Source: Eubacteriales bacterium
Lineage (GTDB): Bacteria; Bacillota; Clostridia; Oscillospirales; JAAYXM01
Reading direction: 5' to 3'
NCBI GenBank assembly: GCA_045636865.1
Contig: JAZTYJ010000022.1
Span: 3,667-67,666 of the forward strand
Length of the DNA stretch: 64,000 nt
This document shows positions 57,138-64,000 of the stretch, piece by piece. Numbering within the stretch: the stretch's first letter is position 1; the number at the start of each line of letters is the position of its first letter. Position numbers and translations under genes: made by a program. Below the pieces are notes generated by a model. It saw only the letters and a list, made by a program, of their open reading frames with translations, did no database searches and was not told where the DNA came from.

Positions 57138-57812
57138 ATGACTCTGTCAGCCACTCTCACAATTGATGTTATAACCGTTGCAATTCTCGTGATATCCGCA
57201 CTGCTTGGTCGAAAGCGTGGCCTCATAAAAACAGTTTCGGGCATCCTCGCCTTTGCGCTTGCGCTTTCTCTTTCCGGAACACTTGCAAACATTGCAACTC
57301 CCATCGTCTCCGAAAAATATGTTGCACCTTACATAACGCAGGAGGTTCAGAAGGAACTCGAAGCTTCCCCCGAATCAACTCCCGCGTCTCCCAGCGCATA
57401 TTCCGCTCTTTTTGAAAAGCTTGGAATTCCTGAAACTATCGTCACCGATGCTATAGAGGATATTTCAAAAGCTCTTTCTCAAAGCATAAGAGAACCTCTG
57501 GATGCGCTGTCAAACAGTATCGCATACAAAATCACGCACACGGTTTTATTCATAGTTTTCTTCATTCTTCTCCTTGTTGTTTTCAAGCTTGTCTTCAAGC
57601 TCTTGAATCTCGTATCAAAAATTCCGGGAATTAACTTCGTAAACAAAACACTCGGACTTATTTTAGGACTCATTTTTGGTTATCTTATAGTTACCACGCT
57701 TTCTTTTATCCTTGCAAATACAGGATTTTATCTCACAAACGAAATGATAGAAAAAACATATGTACTCAAATTTATAACAACCTTCTCCCCTGCCGCATTC
57801 TTTGCAGGATAG
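57138..57812 (+). CDS. cvpA: CvpA-family membrane protein
   Basis: The N-terminus DVITVAILVISALLGRKRGLIKTVSGILAF is typical of CvpA. Confidence 0.75.
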   Translation: MTLSATLTIDVITVAILVISALLGRKRGLIKTVSGILAFALALSLSGTLANIATPIVSEKYVAPYITQEVQKELEASPESTPASPSAYSALFEKLGIPETIVTDAIEDISKALSQSIREPLDALSNSIAYKITHTVLFIVFFILLLVVFKLVFKLLNLVSKIPGINFVNKTLGLILGLIFGYLIVTTLSFILANTGFYLTNEMIEKTYVLKFITTFSPAAFFAG

Positions 57813-57843
57813 AATATTTCTAAAGTCAGGAAGTACAAAGAAT

Positions 57844-58392
57844 ATGAACATACCTAATTTACTTTCAATATTCAGGATGTGCCTTGTTCCTGTTTTTATT
57901 GCGGTTTTCTTTTCAGAGCATGAACACGCACATTCGATTGCGGCATGCATTTATGCCGTTGCCGGAATAACAGACGTTCTGGACGGTATAATCGCCAGAA
58001 AATTCAATCTCATCACGAAGCTCGGCAAAATTCTCGATCCGCTTGCAGATAAGATGATGACTCTTACCGTTTTTATATGTATAACTTCAATACACCTTAT
58101 TCCCTGGTGGATTTTTGCGCTGATTTTTGCAAAGGATTTTCTGCTTGTTCTCGGCGGAGTAAAGCTTTACCGCGAAATCTCTGCAGTTTTCAAATCAAAT
58201 ATCCTCGGAAAGCTCGCGACCGTTTTTCTTGTTACCGGCGGATGTGCAATACTTTTGTTTGAAACTCTTTTGCCCGAAATATTCAGAAGTATTTTTCTCT
58301 ATATAGCGGTTGTGCTGTCTTTCCTCGCTTTTTTCAGTTATTTATATCAGTATTACAAATTCAGAACAAAGCACGACACAACAGCACTTTAA
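57844..58392 (+). CDS. pgsA: CDP-diacylglycerol--glycerol-3-phosphate 3-phosphatidyltransferase
   Basis: DVLDGIIARKFNLITKLGKILDPLADK is the CDP-alcohol phosphatidyltransferase motif. Start taken at MNIPNLLSIFR. Confidence 0.88.
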   Translation: MNIPNLLSIFRMCLVPVFIAVFFSEHEHAHSIAACIYAVAGITDVLDGIIARKFNLITKLGKILDPLADKMMTLTVFICITSIHLIPWWIFALIFAKDFLLVLGGVKLYREISAVFKSNILGKLATVFLVTGGCAILLFETLLPEIFRSIFLYIAVVLSFLAFFSYLYQYYKFRTKHDTTAL

Positions 58393-58419
58393 TTTTTAAA
58401 AAAGGAAAGGTATCTCACT

Positions 58420-60723
58420 ATGCAACCTACTTTATGCAGCAGATGCAAAAAAAATATTGCTGTGATTTTTATTACGAAGATGGAAGGTGAAAATTCCGCA
58501 AGCGAAGGTCTTTGCCTGAAGTGTGCAAAGGAGCTCGGAATCAAACCTGTTGACGATTTCATGAATAAGCTCGGCATTTCTGACGAAGACCTTGACGCCA
58601 TGGCAGGCGAAATGATGAGTCTTATTGAGGATGGCGGACTTGATGCTCTTTCCGAGCTTTCTGATGATGATTCGGATGACAGCGACGGAAAAACTGCAAC
58701 CTTTCCGTTTCTCAACAAACTCTTTGGCTCTATGCCGTATCAGCCGGGTTCTATCCCCGAAAATCCCAAGAAGGATGCTGAAAGCTCAAAGAAGGACGAG
58801 AAGAAAACTCCGAAATTCAAGCATCTTGATAATTTCTGCATAAATCTCACGGATCGCGCAAAATCAGGTGCACTTGACCGTATTGTTGGCAGAGCTGTCG
58901 AGATAGACCGCGTTATTCAGATTCTTAACAGAAGACAAAAAAATAACCCTTGCCTTATCGGTGAACCCGGAGTCGGCAAGACTGCTATTGCCGAGGGGCT
59001 TGCAATTAAAATTTCAGAAAAGGATGTCCCTGCAAAGCTTCGTGACAAAGAGATTTTCCTCCTCGACCTGACCTCCCTCGTTGCAGGAACGCAGTTTCGC
59101 GGTCAGTTTGAAAGCCGTATGAAAGGTCTCATTGACGACATAAAGAAAAAAGGCAATGTCATCCTCGTTATCGACGAGGTTCACAACCTTGTCGGTGCAG
59201 GAGATGCTGAAGGCTCAATGAACGCAGCAAACATCTTAAAACCTGCTCTCTCGCGAGGCGAAATACAGGTTATCGGCGCAACAACCTTTGCCGAATACCG
59301 CAAACATATAGAAAAGGACAGCGCACTTGAAAGACGTTTCCAGACAGTTATAGTAAACGAGCCTACAATCGACGAAACGGTTGAAATCATACGCGGTATC
59401 GCTCACTATTATGAAGAATACCACGGCGTCAGGATAACCGATGAAACAGCACGACTTGCGGTTATTCTTTCGGAAAGATATATTACAGACCGTTTTCTCC
59501 CCGACAAGGCCATTGACCTTATCGACGAGGCTTGTTCAAAGCTCAACCTCTCAAGCGAGCTGATCGCGGAGAAAAACGATATCCGAAAGGCTCTTTCGGA
59601 TATCGAGCGCGAGCGCGAGGCCGTAACAGGTGATGCATCTGATGATGCTTTTGAAAAGCTCGCAAACTTAAAAAGCCGCGAGTGTAAGCTTCTTGAGCGT
59701 ATGGCAGAGCTCGATGCAAAAGCATCTCCGAATCTTACGGATGAACATCTTGCCGAAGTTATTGAGCTGTGGACAAAGATTCCCGCATCTGCGATAAGAG
59801 AAACGGAATTTCGCCGCCTTTCAGGTCTCGAAAGTCGTCTTAAGACACGGATTATCGGTCAAGACGAGGCGATTTCCGCAGTTGTTTCCGCAATCAAGAG
59901 AAACCGCGTGGGAATCTCTCCGAAGAGAAAACCTGTTTCCTTCCTCTTCACGGGTTCGACAGGTGTTGGTAAAACCGAGCTTGTAAAATGCCTTGCGGCA
60001 GACCTTTTCAATGCTACTGAATCTCTCATTCGTCTTGATATGTCCGAATATATGGAAAAACATGCCGTTTCAAAGCTTATCGGCGCGCCTCCCGGATATG
60101 TCGGATATGATGAAGCAGGACAGCTTACGGAAAAAATCCGCAGAAAGCCTTATTCCGTTGTCCTCTTTGACGAAATTGAAAAGGCTCACCCCGACGTTCT
60201 TAACATTCTTCTTCAGATTCTTGATGACGGTCGCATCACCGACTCACAGGGACGCGAAGTCAACTTTGAAAACGTTGTAATCGTTATGACTTCAAATGCA
60301 GGAAGCCAGTTTACCGGCGGTACTGTTGGCTTTGCCGAAAAACAGAGTGAGCAGAATCGCGAGCGTATGATGAAGGCGCTTTCTGATTTCCTGCGTCCTG
60401 AATTCATCAACCGAATTGATGAGATTATTGCCTTCAATCCCCTCACGCGTGAAAACTTCAAGGACATCGCAGACATTATGCTCTCCGACCTTAAAGCTTC
60501 ACTTTCTGAAAAGAATATCTCATTCGTCTATGACGATTCGCTCAACGAATACCTTGCAGAAAAATCCTTCTCTGAAAAGTTTGGCGCGCGAAATTTGCGC
60601 CGCACTATCCAGAAGGAGCTTGAGGACGTTATTGCAAATATTCTCATTGAAAATTACGAACACACAATAAGCGGAATCGGTGTTACTGTCGAGGACGGAA
60701 AACTGACTGTAAAATCTATTTAA
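58420..60723 (+). CDS. two-ring AAA+ Clp/Hsp100 ATPase (ClpC/ClpA-type) with a non-canonical zinc-ribbon N-terminus
   Basis: D1 has [15 protein letters not shown] and [12 protein letters not shown]2 has [17 protein letters not shown] and [16 protein letters not shown] tripeptide lies in D2 and could be a ClpP-docking loop. The N-terminus carries CSRC...CLKC. Confidence 0.88.
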   Translation: MQPTLCSRCKKNIAVIFITKMEGENSASEGLCLKCAKELGIKPVDDFMNKLGISDEDLDAMAGEMMSLIEDGGLDALSELSDDDSDDSDGKTATFPFLNKLFGSMPYQPGSIPENPKKDAESSKKDEKKTPKFKHLDNFCINLTDRAKSGALDRIVGRAVEIDRVIQILNRRQKNNPCLIGEPGVGKTAIAEGLAIKISEKDVPAKLRDKEIFLLDLTSLVAGTQFRGQFESRMKGLIDDIKKKGNVILVIDEVHNLVGAGDAEGSMNAANILKPALSRGEIQVIGATTFAEYRKHIEKDSALERRFQTVIVNEPTIDETVEIIRGIAHYYEEYHGVRITDETARLAVILSERYITDRFLPDKAIDLIDEACSKLNLSSELIAEKNDIRKALSDIEREREAVTGDASDDAFEKLANLKSRECKLLERMAELDAKASPNLTDEHLAEVIELWTKIPASAIRETEFRRLSGLESRLKTRIIGQDEAISAVVSAIKRNRVGISPKRKPVSFLFTGSTGVGKTELVKCLAADLFNATESLIRLDMSEYMEKHAVSKLIGAPPGYVGYDEAGQLTEKIRRKPYSVVLFDEIEKAHPDVLNILLQILDDGRITDSQGREVNFENVVIVMTSNAGSQFTGGTVGFAEKQSEQNRERMMKALSDFLRPEFINRIDEIIAFNPLTRENFKDIADIMLSDLKASLSEKNISFVYDDSLNEYLAEKSFSEKFGARNLRRTIQKELEDVIANILIENYEHTISGIGVTVEDGKLTVKSI

Positions 60724-60803
60724 ATTGCCGTTTTCGGTATTGACTTTAAAACCTTATTTTGATAGTATATAGGCGTAAATTAAATATAAAGGAGTTTTTG
60801 TTT

Positions 60804-61688
60804 ATGAATCCATTTATTATGCACATTAACTTTGCAGAAGCCGGCTGGATGTCTTTCGGCAAGAGAACTGTTGATGACATCTGCAGAATGGCTGCAGCTT
60901 TTGGTTACAGCGGCGTTGAATTCCGCGGACAGTTGCCCGTTGAGTACGAAGCAAACGGCTTTAAGGAATACGCAAAGGCTATCGGCGAAGCTAAAAAGAA
61001 GTATGGTCTTACCGATATTCTCTTCGGCATCGGCGTTTCCGAAAGCAGCAACGCTGACAAGGCAGCTCGCGAGGCATCTATTGCTGAAGCTCTTGAAAAG
61101 GCAAAGATGGCAAATGAATATTGCGGAACAACTCTTTGCAACACATTCGGTCAGACTCTCAAATCAAAGGTTCCGACCGTTACTTATTCACAGTATGAAT
61201 TAAACGGCAGCGCTGCTGCAAATGAAAGCGAATATAAGTATTGTGTCGAATCTTTCCAGAAGGTTGGCGAGGAGCTTTCAAAGCTTGGTATGAAGTTTGC
61301 TTTTGAAACTCATATGAACTACATCCATGACCTTCCGGAGCCCTCAAAGAAGCTCGTTGACGATATCAACCAGGCTTCAATCGGTATCAATATGGACTTT
61401 GGCAACACAGTATATTTCCCGACTCATCCGGAGCTTGAAGAAACTATCGACATCTACGGCGACAAGCTCTTCTACACACACCTTAAGAACTCTGCACCGG
61501 TCGGAACATCTCGTATGGCTACATCTCTCAGCCAGGGCGATATCAATCACCGCGCTTACATAGCAAAGCTTCAGGAAGTCGGATTTACAGGTCCTATCGG
61601 AATTGAAGCTCCGCGTGGCGGCGACCGCATCCACTACGCTAAGGAAGATATTGACTATGTAAAGTCTATCTTCGCATCTGAATTTTAA
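60804..61688 (+). CDS. sugar phosphate isomerase/epimerase (xylose-isomerase-like TIM barrel)
   Basis: GYSGVEFRG, FAFETH and IGIEAP. ATG at 60804 follows AAAGGAG. Confidence 0.75.
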   Translation: MNPFIMHINFAEAGWMSFGKRTVDDICRMAAAFGYSGVEFRGQLPVEYEANGFKEYAKAIGEAKKKYGLTDILFGIGVSESSNADKAAREASIAEALEKAKMANEYCGTTLCNTFGQTLKSKVPTVTYSQYELNGSAAANESEYKYCVESFQKVGEELSKLGMKFAFETHMNYIHDLPEPSKKLVDDINQASIGINMDFGNTVYFPTHPELEETIDIYGDKLFYTHLKNSAPVGTSRMATSLSQGDINHRAYIAKLQEVGFTGPIGIEAPRGGDRIHYAKEDIDYVKSIFASEF

Positions 61689-61691
61689 TTG

Positions 61692-62030
61692 ATGAACATT
61701 CAGATTTACGGCTCAAAAAGCTGCTTTGAAACAAAAAAAGCAGAGCGTTACTTTAAAGAGCGCAAAATCCCCTTCCAGTCAATCGACCTTCCGCGCTACG
61801 GTCTCTCTCCAAAAGAATTCGAACTTGTTCGCCAAAAGGTTGGTCTTGATGCTATGATAAACAAAAAGGCAAAAGGTTATAAGGATAGCTTTATCGAGTA
61901 TCTTGCAGATGATTTTGCAAAAGAAGAAAAGCTTATGGATAACCCGAATCTGATTTCCACTCCGATTGTAAGAAACGGCAGAGAAATCACAGTCGGCTTT
62001 TGCCCCGACATCTGGAAGGACTGGAACTGA
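61692..62030 (+). CDS. ArsC/Spx/MgsR-family protein, YffB-like (single N-terminal Cys)
   Basis: MNIQIYGSKSCFETKKAERYF, NPNLISTPIV and a length of 112 aa. Confidence 0.75.
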   Translation: MNIQIYGSKSCFETKKAERYFKERKIPFQSIDLPRYGLSPKEFELVRQKVGLDAMINKKAKGYKDSFIEYLADDFAKEEKLMDNPNLISTPIVRNGREITVGFCPDIWKDWN

Positions 62031-62039
62031 CACAAAAAG

Positions 62040-62066
62040 CGGCCGTCAGCATCTTGCTGATGGCCG
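62040..62066 (+). terminator. rho-independent terminator
   Basis: ggccgtcagc-atctt-gctgatggcc (one G-U pair) followed by GTTTAGTTTTT. Confidence 0.65.
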
Positions 62067-62095
62067 TTTAGTTTTTAGAAATGGAGATTTTAAAA

Positions 62096-62926
62096 ATGAA
62101 GATTTCATGCGCCGTTTTTGACCTTGACGGAACTCTCCTCACACCGCAGAATACAATTTCGGAAACCGACCTTAAAACACTTCGGGACTTAAGCCGCGAG
62201 GGTGTCAGAATCGTTATCGCAACAGGAAGATCCGAGCTTCAGATTCGTGAATACGTCCATCTTCTCGGTATTTCCGACCCGGTTATCACCTGCAACGGCG
62301 GTGTTATATTAAACCCATCGACACGTGAGATCCTTCATCGGAAGTTCATACGCGATATCGATGCAAAAGCGATGGTTGATGCTTTTGAAAAAATGGGTGC
62401 TGATTATCTTATGTATACACCCGACATCGTTTACCATTCCGAAAACAGCGAAAGAATCAAGTTCTTTTTTGAATACAACAAAAAGGTCAAAGAGGAGTTT
62501 CGTGTTCCGATAAAGTCAATGTCACAGTATCCGAAAGATGCGGAATACAAAAACGTTATAAAGCTTCTTCTTCTCGGAGACCGCAGGGATATCCCCCATC
62601 TTTATGAAAAATTCGGAAATGATAACAATCTCACCATTGTATGCTCCGGACGTGACCGCGGCGGACTTGATCTTCTTGACATTATGCCCGAGGATACGAC
62701 AAAGGGCTCGGGAATTGAAATTCTCGCACAAAAACTCAACATTCCTGTTTCCGAGGTTGTTGCATTCGGCGACAGCGACAATGACGAAAGCATGTTGCGC
62801 GCGGCAGGTTTTTCTGTTGCTATGGGAAATGCCGATGACTATATAAAAGAGATTTCTGATTTTGTTACAAAGAAAAACGACGAATGCGGCATAACATATG
62901 CACTTTCACACATAGCAAAGCTATAA
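62096..62926 (+). CDS. Cof-type HAD-IIB phosphatase
   Basis: FDLDGTLL, ATGR and FGDSDNDESM. ATG at 62096 sits 9 nt after GGAG. Confidence 0.88.
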   Translation: MKISCAVFDLDGTLLTPQNTISETDLKTLRDLSREGVRIVIATGRSELQIREYVHLLGISDPVITCNGGVILNPSTREILHRKFIRDIDAKAMVDAFEKMGADYLMYTPDIVYHSENSERIKFFFEYNKKVKEEFRVPIKSMSQYPKDAEYKNVIKLLLLGDRRDIPHLYEKFGNDNNLTIVCSGRDRGGLDLLDIMPEDTTKGSGIEILAQKLNIPVSEVVAFGDSDNDESMLRAAGFSVAMGNADDYIKEISDFVTKKNDECGITYALSHIAKL

Positions 62927-62930
62927 AGAA

Positions 62931-62960
62931 AAAGCACGGTATGAAATCATACCGTGCTTT
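62931..62960. terminator. bidirectional rho-independent terminator between convergent genes
   Basis: aaagcacggtatga-aa-tcataccgtgcttt. Confidence 0.75.
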
Positions 62961-62970
62961 AGTTCATTTT

Positions 62971-63378
62971 TTAGAAAAACTTGCGGATTGTGTCTGATGC
63001 TTCGTTCTGATCTGCACTGATTGTGATTACGAAATCAATGCCGTGATCCTTGCCGAATTCATCAGCCCAAAGAAGGAATTCGTCTGTCTGCTGCGGGAAA
63101 GAGTTTTTAGAGACCTTATAAAGGCTGTCGATAAAGATCTTTGAAAGGTCAAAGTTTGAAGAGTGCATACCGCAGATGAAAGCCTTGAGGTGTTCATAGC
63201 TTTCGATAAAGTAGCCTGAAACGTCAACCAAGCGAGCCTTATGACTTATATCATATGTAAGCTTTGTTCCACGCTCCATGCAAACAACAGTTAAATCCTC
63301 AGCTGCTGCAGCGTTTGTAAGCTCAATAATCTGCTTTGTTTTTCCGTGTCCCTGAAGACCCATAATTACTCGTACCAT
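62971..63378 (-). CDS. small P-loop NTPase-like protein of unknown function (135 aa)
   Basis: The Walker A-like motif GLQGHGKT sits at the extreme N-terminus, and KIFIDSL is Walker B-like. ATG at 63378 sits 6 nt after AGGAG. The track ORF extends upstream. Confidence 0.55.
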   Translation of the reverse strand: MVRVIMGLQGHGKTKQIIELTNAAAAEDLTVVCMERGTKLTYDISHKARLVDVSGYFIESYEHLKAFICGMHSSNFDLSKIFIDSLYKVSKNSFPQQTDEFLLWADEFGKDHGIDFVITISADQNEASDTIRKFF

Positions 63379-63585
63379 AATGTACTCCTGACTCCGCAAC
63401 TTGCGGTTTCGCTTTCGCGGCAAGCGATCGCCGAATTTCAACCTTTTTGAGGCTGAGTGGTTTTCTGATTATATGATAACACATTTTACACAAAATCTCA
63501 ATGGGTATTTTAGGAAAATTTGTGTATTTTTAAAAATTTTTTGTGAGTATGTTAACAGTTTATTTACTGTTAATTTTTTCTTTAT

Positions 63586-63810
63586 TCACAGTTTTTTCAA
63601 AAATTTTGATTTTTCAGGTGTTATAATGTAGTTGTACATCGTTAAGATGTTCGCATCCCCATACTCATCCCCCTTAAGGACAAGGCTTGCGACGTTTGCC
63701 GCAAGCCTTGTTTCCTTTATATTTATTTTCCCCATGCAAAAAGGCGCAACACCTGCTTCACTTGATGTCATACATCCTTTAAAAGAATCTATCGCAATAA
63801 CAAATTTCAT
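63586..63810 (-). pseudogene. glycerate kinase N-terminal remnant
   Basis: MKFVIAIDSFKGCMTSSEAG matches the conserved glycerate kinase start (MKIVIAPDSFKxSL...). The ORF stops after 74 codons and is followed only by AT-rich non-coding DNA. Full-length enzymes are far longer than this. Confidence 0.45.
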
Positions 63811-63825
63811 ATAGTACTACCCTCT

Positions 63826-63863
63826 CAAAAAATACTCCCCTTGCAAATTGCTTCACAAGGGGA
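63826..63863 (-). terminator. rho-independent terminator after the partial right-edge gene
   Basis: tccccttg-N12-caagggga, followed on the minus strand by AGTATTTTTTG. Confidence 0.7.
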
Positions 63864-63869
63864 AGTTTA

Positions 63870-64000
63870 CTAAATTTCAAGATTTTTGACGTACTCATCC
63901 ATATCAATGATTGTTCCGTTTACACGGGACTCCTCTGCCGCAAACGCAACGAGGTGGCTTGTGCAGGAAATCATAATGTCGGAAATCGAGTTTGATCTTT
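63870..64000 (-). CDS. C-terminal fragment of a gene entering from the right edge (possibly a Gfo/Idh/MocA-type oxidoreductase)
   Basis: The frame is open from the window edge to a TAG at 63870 (...SISDIMISCTSHLVAFAAEESRVNGTIIDMDEYVKNLEI). The family guess is weak. Confidence 0.35.
   Translation of the reverse strand, partial: RSNSISDIMISCTSHLVAFAAEESRVNGTIIDMDEYVKNLEI

Noticed and set aside
63552-63573. The inverted repeat TTAACAGT-N6-ACTGTTAA followed by TTTTTTC, considered as a possible operator or plus-strand terminator.
   Set aside because: The stem is AT-rich and weak, and no plus-strand gene upstream could be terminated by it. It lies in degenerate DNA next to the glycerate-kinase remnant. 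There is not enough evidence to call a function.
1-64000. A search of the whole window for mobile elements, prophage genes, toxin-antitoxin pairs, known defence systems, tRNA/rRNA genes and CRISPR arrays.
   Set aside because: I recognised no integrase, transposase, recombinase, reverse transcriptase, nuclease-helicase defence signature, cloverleaf-like tRNA region or regularly spaced repeats. The window looks like ordinary core chromosome apart from the items listed under findings.

Overview
This 64-kb segment is densely coding and looks like core chromosome of an anaerobic Firmicute. The Clostridia / Oscillospiraceae-like assignment is a guess from gene content only. I can support about 66 protein-coding genes. 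I found no rRNA, tRNA, CRISPR array, transposase, integrase or phage genes.

Recognisable housekeeping blocks:
- argCJBDF
- ecfA1-ecfA2-ecfT-truA
- metK, trpS, rpe, htpG, nfo, pgsA
- a two-ring Clp ATPase
- azlCD and ybaK
- a ccdA-tlpA pair
- two tandem FemAB-family genes
- two sugar-ABC permeases next to a membrane-bound AraC-type regulator

The most unusual feature is an ~10-kb, 11-gene minus-strand operon (4151-14284). It encodes heterodisulfide-reductase subunits HdrB, HdrC and HdrA, then an MvhD/FlxD-like protein, two FeS proteins and a FlxA-like FAD/NAD(P) protein. These are followed directly by an anchor-less SdhB/SdhA-like (fumarate-reductase-family) pair and an AAE-family transporter. 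A near-consensus sigma-A promoter drives the operon, and its -10 box lies inside an 18-bp Rex-type palindrome.

Other points of interest:
- a creatininase-family gene inactivated by an 11-bp tandem duplication
- an orphan PqqD (RiPP-recognition-element) plus S24 peptidase bicistron
- a CorA-like tail-anchored orphan protein
- a Clp ATPase whose N-domain is replaced by a ClpX-like zinc ribbon
- a glycerate-kinase N-terminal remnant

All functional calls come from motif and family recognition by eye. Hand-derived coordinates (alternative starts, hairpins, promoter boxes) may be off by a base or two.
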